From an uncultured Candidatus Saccharibacteria bacterium (GTDB lineage Bacteria; Patescibacteriota; Minisyncoccia; Phycocordibacterales; UBA2100): DNA of 64,000 nt. The stretch spans positions 68,891 through 132,890 of the forward strand of contig CAYGKV010000001.1 in assembly GCA_964350885.1 (NCBI GenBank), given 5' to 3'. The notes below the pieces were generated by a model. That model ran no database searches. It was not told the origin of the DNA and was given only the letters and a program-made list of their open reading frames with translations. Of the stretch, positions 19,574 to 28,388 are shown one piece after another (position 1 is the first letter of the stretch; each line of letters starts with the position of its first letter). The translations under genes and the position numbers were made by a program.

Positions 19574-20650
19574 ATGAAAAACTACTACGATATTTTGGGT
19601 GTGGCAAAATCGGCGACCGAAGAAGACATTAAAAAAGCATTCAGGAAACTTGCACACAAGTATCATCCTGATAAAAAGGGTGGGGATGAAAAAAAGTTCA
19701 AAGAGGTGAGCGAGGCGTATTCGGTACTCTCCGACAAAAAGAAGCGCGCGGAATTCGATACCTACGGCAAGACGTTTGCCGGCGGCGCGGCGGGAGGACA
19801 ACAGGCAGGGGGCTTCGGTGGTTTCGACTTTTCGAATTTCCAAGGATTCGGCGGACAAGGAGGGAGTGTGGAGTTTGACCTTGGGGATATCTTTGGCGAT
19901 GTGTTTGGTGGAGGACAGAGTCGCGCGCGCCGCGGGAGAGATATTTCAATCGATCTTGAGCTTTCCTTTCGCGAATCCATCTTTGGTGCCGAGCGACGCA
20001 TCCTTCTCGCAAAAATAAGTGCCTGTGATACCTGTAGTGGGACGGGCGCAAAGGCGGGTACCAAAACGATATCGTGCACAACCTGTAATGGAAAAGGGGA
20101 GATCCGAGAGTCGCGCAATTCTTTTTTTGGGACGTTCGCTACTTCGCGTTCGTGTCCACGCTGTCACGGCCGGGGCGAAATGCCCGAGAGCGCATGCGAA
20201 TCATGCCGAGGCGAAGGAGTGCGGAAACGCGAAGAAGAAATTCACGTCGTTGTACCCGCGGGCGTGGAAGATGGGGAAATGATACGCATGCCAAGTCGCG
20301 GCGAAGCTACTCCGGGAGGAGGGGCGGGAGATTTGTATGTCAAACTCCACGTCAAGGCAGATAGTAAATTTTCACGCGATGGACACAATCTCATTACGTC
20401 GCTTCCCATCAAACTAACCGACGCGCTCTTGGGTCGAGAATATTCTGTGCCTACGCTCGATGGCGAGGAGATGCTCACCGTGCCGGGAGGGGTCGCGCAC
20501 GGCGAGATCATGCGAATACGCGGCAAAGGAGTGCCTCATGGACGAGGAGCTCGCGGTGACCTATTGGTGCGCATTGATATCGAATTTCCCAAGAAGCTTT
20601 CAAAAAGCGCTCGCGAATTGATCGAGAAACTTCGTACGGAAGGAATGTAG
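19574..20650 (+). CDS. dnaJ: molecular chaperone DnaJ
   Basis: J-domain YYDILGV...KYHPDK, G/F-rich region, four CxxCxGxG zinc-finger repeats. Start at ATG 19574 inside the longer track ORF. Confidence 0.9.
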   Translation: MKNYYDILGVAKSATEEDIKKAFRKLAHKYHPDKKGGDEKKFKEVSEAYSVLSDKKKRAEFDTYGKTFAGGAAGGQQAGGFGGFDFSNFQGFGGQGGSVEFDLGDIFGDVFGGGQSRARRGRDISIDLELSFRESIFGAERRILLAKISACDTCSGTGAKAGTKTISCTTCNGKGEIRESRNSFFGTFATSRSCPRCHGRGEMPESACESCRGEGVRKREEEIHVVVPAGVEDGEMIRMPSRGEATPGGGAGDLYVKLHVKADSKFSRDGHNLITSLPIKLTDALLGREYSVPTLDGEEMLTVPGGVAHGEIMRIRGKGVPHGRGARGDLLVRIDIEFPKKLSKSARELIEKLRTEGM

Positions 20651-20701
20651 TCGCGTGGGATAACTCACAACCACTGTGTTGCGATGTAGTAAAATACGCC
20701 G

Positions 20702-21190
20702 ATGGATATACAAGCTTGGGAAACGCTCATAACCGGATGGCCAACCGACTGGATAATCATTGGCGCCCTCGCCATATTCGTGGCGCTCGACGCGCTCCGC
20801 TCCGGCACTGCCCGCGCCGCGGCTCTCATGCTCTCGCTCCCTGTAGCGCTGTTTGTGACAAACGCACTTCCGCAAGCTATGTTCCTCGGGCCTCTCTCGG
20901 CACAAATTACCGCGCCGCTTGCCCAGGTCGGTATATTTATCGTGATTGCAGTACTCCTGTATTTCGTCGCCCACAGAGCCATTTTTGCGTTCTCGGAGGG
21001 GGGAGGGGTCGTCCAAGCGCTTATTGCCGGCGGCGCGACTGTCGTTGTCTTGCTTATCATCTGGCTCCAAGTGCCCGCCTTGCAATCCATTTGGAATTTC
21101 GGCCCATCGGTACAGATGATTTTCGGTGAAGCCTACCGCTTCTGGTGGCTCGCAATCTCGTACGCAGCTCTCGGGTTTGTCCGGAGCTAA
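20702..21190 (+). CDS. CvpA-like 4-TM membrane protein
   Basis: DWIIIGALAIFVALDALRSG...LSLPVALFV pattern resembles the colicin V production protein CvpA. 162 aa. Confidence 0.4.
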   Translation: MDIQAWETLITGWPTDWIIIGALAIFVALDALRSGTARAAALMLSLPVALFVTNALPQAMFLGPLSAQITAPLAQVGIFIVIAVLLYFVAHRAIFAFSEGGGVVQALIAGGATVVVLLIIWLQVPALQSIWNFGPSVQMIFGEAYRFWWLAISYAALGFVRS

Positions 21191-21328
21191 AAAGGCGGCG
21201 GTTTCCGCAAGCTATCGAACTATTACGGCTGGTTTGTATCAGTGTTGAATTCGTGGTGTAATGGCGGGAGTGGCGGATAAACCGTCCGGGATATCTCACC
21301 TCGAAAGCTGAGATTGGAGGGCTGAAAG

Positions 21329-22012
21329 ATGCCGAATATTTCTTTGGAGCAGTGGATCCTGCTCTTCGGTATAATCTCGGGCTTTCTTCAGGTCCTCGGA
21401 TATACTGTTTACATTCGGGAAAGTTTCCGGAAGGAGATAGATCCGAATCCGGCGACATGGTTGATGTTCAGTTATGGGACCTCGTTACTCGCGATCCTTG
21501 AATGGGATCGCGATGCGTCGCTTGCTCTACTTGCGCTCCCCGTAGCATGCGCAGGGATGAGCATCATTGTCGCCATTCTCTGTTGGTTGCGCGGCACATT
21601 ACGGTGGCCGCGTGATTGGGAAAGTCAATGGGCAATACGAGCTTTCATCGCTGACGTGGGGCTCACCACAGCTTACTTTGTGGCGTGGGTACTCAACATG
21701 TCAGAGATTCTCGCAGAAGAAGGGCGCTCAATAGCCGCCCTCGTGTTCCTTATTGGGTCGAATGTGACAACGTTTACCGCATTTACCCCGATACTGCAAG
21801 AGGTCTATGAGAGCCCACAAAAAGAACGCGCGTTGCCCTGGATCGTGTGGACCCTGGCGTACACGACGCTGGGCGTTGCCACCATCCTCGAGAGCGGTTT
21901 CTGGACTGAATTGCTCATCTATCCCGTATGCTGCACGTTTCTCCATGGTGCTATTGCCTGGTTGGCGCGGCCAGAACGCCGACTTCTTCGATTGAGCAGG
22001 GCAGCGAAATAA
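21329..22012 (+). CDS. 7-TM membrane protein, paralog A (unknown family)
   Basis: About 7 predicted TM helices. Motifs NPATWLMFSYGT, ILEWDRDAS, PILQEVYESP and ALPW are shared with the downstream paralog. Confidence 0.5.
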   Translation: MPNISLEQWILLFGIISGFLQVLGYTVYIRESFRKEIDPNPATWLMFSYGTSLLAILEWDRDASLALLALPVACAGMSIIVAILCWLRGTLRWPRDWESQWAIRAFIADVGLTTAYFVAWVLNMSEILAEEGRSIAALVFLIGSNVTTFTAFTPILQEVYESPQKERALPWIVWTLAYTTLGVATILESGFWTELLIYPVCCTFLHGAIAWLARPERRLLRLSRAAK

Positions 22013-22017
22013 ATTTG

Positions 22018-22049
22018 GGGCCACGTCTCGCGACGTGGTCCTCTTCTTG
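22018..22049 (+). terminator. hairpin after paralog A
   Basis: GGGCCACGTC-tcgc-GACGTGGTCC 10-bp stem (one GU pair) followed by TCTTCTTGT. Confidence 0.45.
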
Positions 22050-22213
22050 TAGCACTCTCCGTTGCAAAAACACTATCCAGCGCCTTCATTCTTGGGCTAC
22101 TCTCGCAGCAGTCCAAGCACTCATCACTGGCTCTGTAGTAGTTCAGTAAACGATATTTATTTTTTACACAGGGGAGCCTTGTGTATTGGGGTGGAATGCT
22201 TAGAGTTCACTCC

Positions 22214-22864
22214 ATGGAAACACTTGCGCTTGGGCTATTGGCTGCGATTTTGCAAGCATTGGGATACCTTGCCTATGGATTCAAGGTGTTGAAACGAGAC
22301 ATCACCCCCAACGCCACTTCGTGGTTAATGTTTGCGTACGGCACGACATTTCTATTGATTCTTGAGTGGGATCGAGATGCAAGTATTGCCCTCCTCGCTC
22401 TCCCCGCAATCTGCGCGCTCTCCAGTATTGGCATTGCGGTGTACTGTGTGCGACGCACCAAACGTGCGTGGTGGCCAGAGCATCCGCTCGAGCGTTTTTC
22501 ATTTGCTCTCGATATTGCACTTACGGTTTCCTACATCTTCGTATGGATATTGCTGTTACGCGGAATTGTCGTTGAATCTAACAAAGATGTTGCCGATATT
22601 CTCATCCTCGCATGCTGGAATTTCGGTGTGTTCACGGCATTCTTCCCAATTTTGCGTCAGGTATATCATCATCCCGCATCAGAAAAAGCCCTGCCTTGGG
22701 CAATCTGGACCTACGCGTATGCAACGCTCTTGTTCATAACAATACTCGAGCAGGGCAACCTCAGCGAACTCACGCTCTACCCAGCGATTAACGCAGTCGT
22801 ACACGGAGCTATCGCACTCCGGGTCGGATATTGGCATTGGAGACACCGTTTTTCTGTGGTATAA
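22214..22864 (+). CDS. 7-TM membrane protein, paralog B (unknown family)
   Basis: About 45% identical to paralog A (NATSWLMFAYGT, ILEWDRDAS, PILRQVYHHP, ALPW). Start taken at ATG 22214. Confidence 0.5.
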   Translation: METLALGLLAAILQALGYLAYGFKVLKRDITPNATSWLMFAYGTTFLLILEWDRDASIALLALPAICALSSIGIAVYCVRRTKRAWWPEHPLERFSFALDIALTVSYIFVWILLLRGIVVESNKDVADILILACWNFGVFTAFFPILRQVYHHPASEKALPWAIWTYAYATLLFITILEQGNLSELTLYPAINAVVHGAIALRVGYWHWRHRFSVV

Positions 22865-22926
22865 TCCCGCGCATAATAAACAGAAACGCCAACCTGTACG
22901 CTGTTCATCACAATCAAACATTACCC

Positions 22927-23406
22927 ATGAAAAAGGTTTACATCGGAAAAAGCAAAATCGCAGGGAGAGGGCTTTTTGCTGGTGAAAACATACGGAAAGG
23001 TGATTTTATTCTTCCACTAAGGGGTACACTGATCCATAAAGAGTACCGTCGCGTTGGTAAATATCGAAACGAACAAACATGGATACCTGTTTCTTTGCAT
23101 AGATGGATACGCCCGATATCTCCAATTCGATTTTTGAATCACTCATGTGAACCGAATGCGGGCTTCAAAACGCCGACACGTCTCTACGCATCGCGTGATA
23201 TAGCACAAGACCAAGAGATTGTTGTTGACTATTCAACTATAGAATACTTGGAATTTTGGCAATCACCTTGCAATTGTGGCTCAAAACATTGTCGTCGAAT
23301 AATTCGTGCAATTCAGTTTCTTAAGCCGAAAACATATAAATCATACCTCCCCTACATCCCCAAGTTCCTACGCGACGTTTATGAAGACCGCCATCAAGCT
23401 GTATAA
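22927..23406 (+). CDS. SET-domain protein (putative protein lysine methyltransferase)
   Basis: GRGLFA (GxG), RFLNHSCEPN (NHSCxPN) and post-SET CNCGSKHC motifs. About 42% GC versus about 55% flanks. Confidence 0.7.
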   Translation: MKKVYIGKSKIAGRGLFAGENIRKGDFILPLRGTLIHKEYRRVGKYRNEQTWIPVSLHRWIRPISPIRFLNHSCEPNAGFKTPTRLYASRDIAQDQEIVVDYSTIEYLEFWQSPCNCGSKHCRRIIRAIQFLKPKTYKSYLPYIPKFLRDVYEDRHQAV

Positions 23407-23584
23407 TGGGGGGGTGAATCATGTCTTCAGTCCTGTCATTTTCACTGTTTTTGCAACCGCAATAATTGTCTCGATTTTCATTTGCTTTAAAGAACTGCTC
23501 ATCGAGCGCAATTATTCGATATTCACGACTGAGGAGCAAGTCGAAGCAGCGCAAACAGATTTAATAGCTCTACTCGGAGGCTGA
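23381..23584 (+). CDS. small single-TM protein
   Basis: ORF with TM helix VFSPVIFTVFATAIIVSIFICF. Possible alternative GTG start at 23414 just after the SET stop and a G-run. Immediately precedes the histidine kinase. Confidence 0.3.
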   Translation: MKTAIKLYNGGVNHVFSPVIFTVFATAIIVSIFICFKELLIERNYSIFTTEEQVEAAQTDLIALLGG

Positions 23585-23590
23585 TACGTT

Positions 23591-25258
23591 ATGGCACCTC
23601 TCATTGATCCATCGTCATGCGGGTGGGATTCGGCACGATTCCTCATTTTTTCAGACAACGTTTTTGCGAATTACATTTATTATTCCCACATTTTTCCAGC
23701 AGCTTCTGCTCTTGTATTGGGTTTTTTTATCTGGTTCAAATCACCGCGCTCCGCGGTTAACATCGCCCTCTTTTCTATTGCAATATTTTTTAGCATCTGG
23801 AGTTTTTTCGATTTGATTTTATGGGCAACTGATAAAACTCAGTACACGATGTTCTTTTGGTCAATTCAAATCTATTTCGATCTTTTACTCTATGTCGGGG
23901 CACTCTACTTCATCTATCTTTTTATCGATAAACGCGATGTCTCTCTTACTACGAAGATCATAATGATAGTTCCATTCATCCCACTCTTTTTCTTCGCACA
24001 TACGAATTACAATCTCATCGGGTTCGATTTCTCAAACTGCGATAGAGAGGCTCTTGAAGGGCTTTTGTGGCAATACGTCTACCTTGTGGAGATAGGGATC
24101 GTGACGTGGATAACGATTCTGGGTGCCCGGCGTTTTAGACGAGCACAAAACAAAGATACTCGAAAAGAAATTCTTTTAGTTACTGCCGGTATTCTTATTT
24201 TCCTCCTCTCCTTTTCGTGGGCAAACATTACAGGTAGTTTTGCAATTGATTGGGATCTCAGTCAGTATGGTTTATTCGGCATGCCAGTATTTTTAGCTTT
24301 CCTTTCGTATCTAATCGTGAGATATCGTGAGTTTGGTGTAAAGGTTCTCGCAGCACAAATCTTGGTTGCAATACTAACGCTTTTGATTCTTGCGATTCTT
24401 CTCATCCGAGACATTGAAGATGTCCGAATCATCGCAACCATTACAGCGTTGCTCACGGTGATGCTCGGTTACATATTGGTCAAAAGCGTGAAGCGCGAAG
24501 TTGAGCAACGTGAACTCATCGAGGTTCAGGAGAAAGAACTGGAGAGGGTAAATAAGCAGCAAGAAAACCTCTTGCACGTCATCAGTCATGAGATCAAGGG
24601 GTATCTCACCAAAAGCGAAGCGGGGTTTTCGGCGATTACGGAAGGGGATTACGGCGCGGTGCCGGAAAGATTGAGCGCAATGGCGACTTCCGCGCTTGCC
24701 GACGTACGCAAAGGGGTAGACATGGTGATGCAAATTCTTGATTCATCGAATCTCAAGAAAGGTACCGTTACGTTCAAAAAAGCGACGTTTGACTTCCAAG
24801 TCGCCGTCATGAATGTCATCCAGGAGCTTACCCCTGCGGCACAAGAGAAAAATCTGACGATTGATACCGGAATCGCGTGGGAGGGGAATTTCATGATCGA
24901 TGGAGATGAAAACAAACTTCGCCAACATGTAATAAGAAATCTTATTGACAACGCGATTCGATACACGCCATCAGGGAGTATTCGCGTCGAACTCGTAAGA
25001 AAAGACGGAAAAATCCGCTTCACGGTAGCAGATAACGGCGTAGGCATTACCCCAGAAGACATGGCGCATCTCTTCACCGAGGGCGGCCACGGCAAGGATT
25101 CCATCAAGGTCAACGTCCACTCCACCGGCTACGGTCTCTTCATCGCCAAGCAGGTCGTGGATACCCATAGTGGCAAAATCTGGGCCGAATCCGATGGTGC
25201 TGGCAAGGGCGCCACGTTCGTTGTTGAGTTGCCAGCGACGTACCGCCCCCTCAGATAG
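23591..25258 (+). CDS. sensor histidine kinase with N-terminal multi-TM (7TM-type) sensor region; no adjacent response regulator
   Basis: About 9 TM helices in the first ~300 aa. HisKA H-box HVISHEIKG. HATPase_c N, G1 and G2 boxes (NLIDNAIRYT, DNGVGI, GYGLFIAKQ). Confidence 0.8.
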   Translation: MAPLIDPSSCGWDSARFLIFSDNVFANYIYYSHIFPAASALVLGFFIWFKSPRSAVNIALFSIAIFFSIWSFFDLILWATDKTQYTMFFWSIQIYFDLLLYVGALYFIYLFIDKRDVSLTTKIIMIVPFIPLFFFAHTNYNLIGFDFSNCDREALEGLLWQYVYLVEIGIVTWITILGARRFRRAQNKDTRKEILLVTAGILIFLLSFSWANITGSFAIDWDLSQYGLFGMPVFLAFLSYLIVRYREFGVKVLAAQILVAILTLLILAILLIRDIEDVRIIATITALLTVMLGYILVKSVKREVEQRELIEVQEKELERVNKQQENLLHVISHEIKGYLTKSEAGFSAITEGDYGAVPERLSAMATSALADVRKGVDMVMQILDSSNLKKGTVTFKKATFDFQVAVMNVIQELTPAAQEKNLTIDTGIAWEGNFMIDGDENKLRQHVIRNLIDNAIRYTPSGSIRVELVRKDGKIRFTVADNGVGITPEDMAHLFTEGGHGKDSIKVNVHSTGYGLFIAKQVVDTHSGKIWAESDGAGKGATFVVELPATYRPLR

Positions 25259-25459
25259 TATCTATCTCGAAGGGTTACCCTTGGGATGCTGAGAGAGTTG
25301 CCAACGATCTCTTAAAATTGTAGAGTCTTGAAAGCCTGTCGCCTTGGCAGGAAAAAGAGTAGGTGAAAAACTGCTTCGGACCGGAAGTCTGGAGGCAGGG
25401 GCCGGAAGCCCTCATCGCTTTGGCCACGGAAGGCCACAATACAGGGTTGGAGTAAGAAG

Positions 25460-26032
25460 ATGGGAAAGCTCCGCATTAACGCAAACACAGTTGTTTGCAT
25501 GAACGGGCTCGGGATGTTGCCTGGACCAGCAGAGGCGAGACACGTGGAGTCCGCCTACAGCTGCTTGAAAAGGCAGAGGATATGGGGGTTTTTGCGTTGG
25601 GTATTTCTATTTCTCGGTTTCTACCTACTCAGCGATGCCCCTGCCTTCCCCCTTGGAGGCGAGGAAGAAATTGCCCTCGAAACTTTAGGCGGTATTTTGT
25701 GCTTTCCGATCGCCCTTTTCTTTTTTTTCATGAAGGAAACGGCGGATGATCGTTTCGAAAACATGGAAGGAAGGCTGGGCCGAGACTTGGCCGACCTATA
25801 CGTGATTCTTGGGGTTGGACCCTTGGAACTACCCAAGACCCCGCTGAAAAAACAGCGGTCGAAAGCGGATGACGTTTTGCGCGAGGAGGCAGAGAGACTC
25901 TCAGTCCCTCAAGCGAACAGTCATGAGAACCAGGCGGCACGAAAAAGGTTCGGGAGGATTTTCGACCTGTTCAAAAGATTCGGACTTGTCGACGGCGACG
26001 AAGGCTGGGGTCCTTACTTCGTCAAGAGATGA
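25460..26032 (+). CDS. hypothetical 2-TM protein
   Basis: ATG ORF with two hydrophobic helices and a charged C-terminal half. Followed by a strong hairpin. Could alternatively overlap an ncRNA. Confidence 0.3.
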   Translation: MGKLRINANTVVCMNGLGMLPGPAEARHVESAYSCLKRQRIWGFLRWVFLFLGFYLLSDAPAFPLGGEEEIALETLGGILCFPIALFFFFMKETADDRFENMEGRLGRDLADLYVILGVGPLELPKTPLKKQRSKADDVLREEAERLSVPQANSHENQAARKRFGRIFDLFKRFGLVDGDEGWGPYFVKR

Positions 26033-26038
26033 TCTCGC

Positions 26039-26071
26039 GGCACCTCGGGGGTTAGAGCCCTCCGAGGTGCC
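26039..26071 (+). terminator. rho-independent terminator-like hairpin
   Basis: GGCACCTCGGGGG-ttagag-CCCTCCGAGGTGCC followed by GAAGTGTTTATAT. Confidence 0.5.
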
Positions 26072-26118
26072 GAAGTGTTTATATCCATACGAGCATTTTT
26101 CTGTTAAAATCTAGTGAC

Positions 26119-27054
26119 ATGCAGAAATTGTTGACGGGTCTTCAACCCTCCGGAAGCCTCCATATCGGGAACTATTTTGGCGTCTTGAGGCCTTTTGTAA
26201 ACATGTACCAAGAGTACGCGAGTCACCTCATGGTCGCCGATTATCATGCGCTTACCACGCTCAAAGACCCTGCACTTCTGCGGCAAAACATCCTCGACGT
26301 CGTGCGAGATTATGTGGCGGTGGGAGTAGATCCGAAAAAAGCGATTATCTTCCAACAATCCGACGTGCCCGCACATACGGAAATGACGTGGATTTTTAAT
26401 ACACTCATTACCATACCTTTTCTTGAGCTCGGCCACGCTTTCAAGGACAAAGAAGCGCGTGGGCTGGTAGCCAACGTCGGACTCTTCGACTATCCGGTAC
26501 TCATGGCGGCTGACATACTGCTCTATGACACCGATGTCGTACCCGTGGGCCAAGATCAGAAGCAGCACATCGAATACGCCCGTGAAATCGCCGAAAAATT
26601 CAACGCCGCGTATGGAGAGACGTTTGTCTTGCCGAAAGAGCAGATAAGCAAGGACATCGCCGTAGTGCCAGGTACGGATGGCAAGAAGATGAGCAAGAGC
26701 TACGGTAACACAATCCCGCTCTTCGGAATGAAAGATGAAATTCAAAAGGCCGTCATGAGTATCGTTACCGATTCGAAAGCTGAGAGCCCGGAAAATGTCT
26801 ACAATATCCACAAATTTTTCCGCTCCGGAGATTCGCTCGCAAATCTCTACAAAGAGAATAAGGGGAAGTATAAAGCGCTCAAAGATGCCTTGGTAGAAGA
26901 TATCGATGCCGTGGTCACACCTATGCGCGAGAAACGTGCAAATATTTCCGACGCTGATGTAAAGAGTATCCTGAAAGATGGGGGGGAGCGGGCACGCGCA
27001 GAAGCAGACGCAAAGATTACAATTGTCCGAGCGAAAATCGGTGTAACAATCTGA
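26119..27054 (+). CDS. trpS: tryptophanyl-tRNA synthetase
   Basis: LTGLQPSGSLHIGNY (HIGH-like) and KMSKS motifs. 311 aa. Confidence 0.9.
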   Translation: MQKLLTGLQPSGSLHIGNYFGVLRPFVNMYQEYASHLMVADYHALTTLKDPALLRQNILDVVRDYVAVGVDPKKAIIFQQSDVPAHTEMTWIFNTLITIPFLELGHAFKDKEARGLVANVGLFDYPVLMAADILLYDTDVVPVGQDQKQHIEYAREIAEKFNAAYGETFVLPKEQISKDIAVVPGTDGKKMSKSYGNTIPLFGMKDEIQKAVMSIVTDSKAESPENVYNIHKFFRSGDSLANLYKENKGKYKALKDALVEDIDAVVTPMREKRANISDADVKSILKDGGERARAEADAKITIVRAKIGVTI

Positions 27055-27056
27055 AT

Positions 27057-28388
27057 ATGGAACGCACCTTCATTCGAGATTTGAACAGCCGCATCGGAGA
27101 ATCTGTCCTCATCAAGGGTTGGGTCTCCGTACGACGTGATCAAGGCAAGATGGTCTTTTTTGATTTCCGTGACATGACAGGCACGGTACAGGGTGTCGTC
27201 CTTCCCAAAAGTGCCGCGATCGATAGTGCGAAAGAGGCGACACGAGAGAGTGCAATTTCGGCCACGGGCATTATCAACAAGCGACCAGACAAAAATATTG
27301 TTTCCGATAAACAAAACGGGGATATCGAACTCCAAGTAGAAATCATGGAAATCCTAAGCCAGGCGCAAGCTCTTCCTTTTGATCTCGACGCGGAATTGCA
27401 TCTAGAAACTCATCTCGATAATTTGCCGCTCACGCTCCGCACCGAGCGCAGCCGCGATATATTTACCATGCAAGCGAGCATTCTAGAGGCGTACCGCGCA
27501 TCATTAAAATCCCAAGGTTTTACAGAATTTGAGGCACCTGCCCTTGTAGGAGGAGATGCAGAAGGTGGCGCTGCTGCATTCAAAGTCGAATACTTCAAAG
27601 ACACCGTCGCGTATCTCGCGACGAGCCCGCAATTCTACAAACAGATCATGGTAGGCCCATTTGAACGCGCATTCACCGTTGCAAAAATATTTCGCGCCGA
27701 AAAAAGCGCTACGACGCGACACTTGAGCGAGGCGACGTGCCTGGATTTCGAGATGGGATTTATCGAGAACGAACGCGAGCCGATGAAAGTACTGGAGCAA
27801 GCGGTTCGCGACACCCTAAGTGCGGTTTCAGAAATGCACCCCGACATCTTTGGGCGCTTCAATACATCCGTGCCACTCATACCCGCAGAAATACCCATTC
27901 TCACCTTGGCAGAAGCGCACCAGACGTTGGGCGTACCATCGGAGCCCGATATGACGCCCGAACACGAGCGAAATATCTGCGAGTGGGCGAAGAAAGAGAA
28001 GGGATCGGATTTTGTGTTCATCACGCGCTTTCCCACTTCCAAGCGCGCATTTTACACATATGAAGATCCTGCTGAAGCTCCTTTTTCTCGTGGATTTGAC
28101 CTTCTGTTCCGCGGCCTCGAAATCAACAGCGGCGCACAACGCATACACGATTACGATACACTGGTCGCGCGAATACGAGAGCGCGGACTGGACCCGGAGA
28201 AATTCTCCTTCTACCTACAAGCATTCAAATACGGTATGCCGCCGCACGGAGGATCTTCAACCGGCCTCGAACGCTTCACCGCTCGCATGTTGGAAATTCC
28301 AAACGTAAAAGAAGCGACATCCTTCCCGCGCGACATGACCCGGATCGACAACCGCCTTTCCGATATGGCAGAACCAGAACAAGCATGA
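27057..28388 (+). CDS. class IIb aminoacyl-tRNA synthetase, archaeal/eukaryotic-type AspRS (AsnRS not excluded)
   Basis: N-terminal OB anticodon-binding domain, FRAE motif 2 region, GGSSTGLERF motif 3. 443 aa. Confidence 0.8.
   Translation: MERTFIRDLNSRIGESVLIKGWVSVRRDQGKMVFFDFRDMTGTVQGVVLPKSAAIDSAKEATRESAISATGIINKRPDKNIVSDKQNGDIELQVEIMEILSQAQALPFDLDAELHLETHLDNLPLTLRTERSRDIFTMQASILEAYRASLKSQGFTEFEAPALVGGDAEGGAAAFKVEYFKDTVAYLATSPQFYKQIMVGPFERAFTVAKIFRAEKSATTRHLSEATCLDFEMGFIENEREPMKVLEQAVRDTLSAVSEMHPDIFGRFNTSVPLIPAEIPILTLAEAHQTLGVPSEPDMTPEHERNICEWAKKEKGSDFVFITRFPTSKRAFYTYEDPAEAPFSRGFDLLFRGLEINSGAQRIHDYDTLVARIRERGLDPEKFSFYLQAFKYGMPPHGGSSTGLERFTARMLEIPNVKEATSFPRDMTRIDNRLSDMAEPEQA

Noticed and set aside
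25259-25800. RNase P RNA / SRP RNA / tmRNA in the GC-rich region after the histidine kinase
   Set aside because: Only loose resemblance (GGAAAGCTCCGC, AGGTGAAAAACTG) and in the wrong order relative to RNase P conserved regions. No GGUCAGG...GGAAGCAGCC SRP helix-8 motif and no tmRNA tag or 3' tRNA-like end. Kept only as an unclassified ncRNA candidate.
27057-28388. Assigning the class IIb synthetase definitively as AsnRS
   Set aside because: AspRS (archaeal type) and AsnRS share the FRAE and GGS.G.ER motifs, and discrimination needs the amino-acid-recognition residues aligned against references. Left as AspRS/AsnRS ambiguous.
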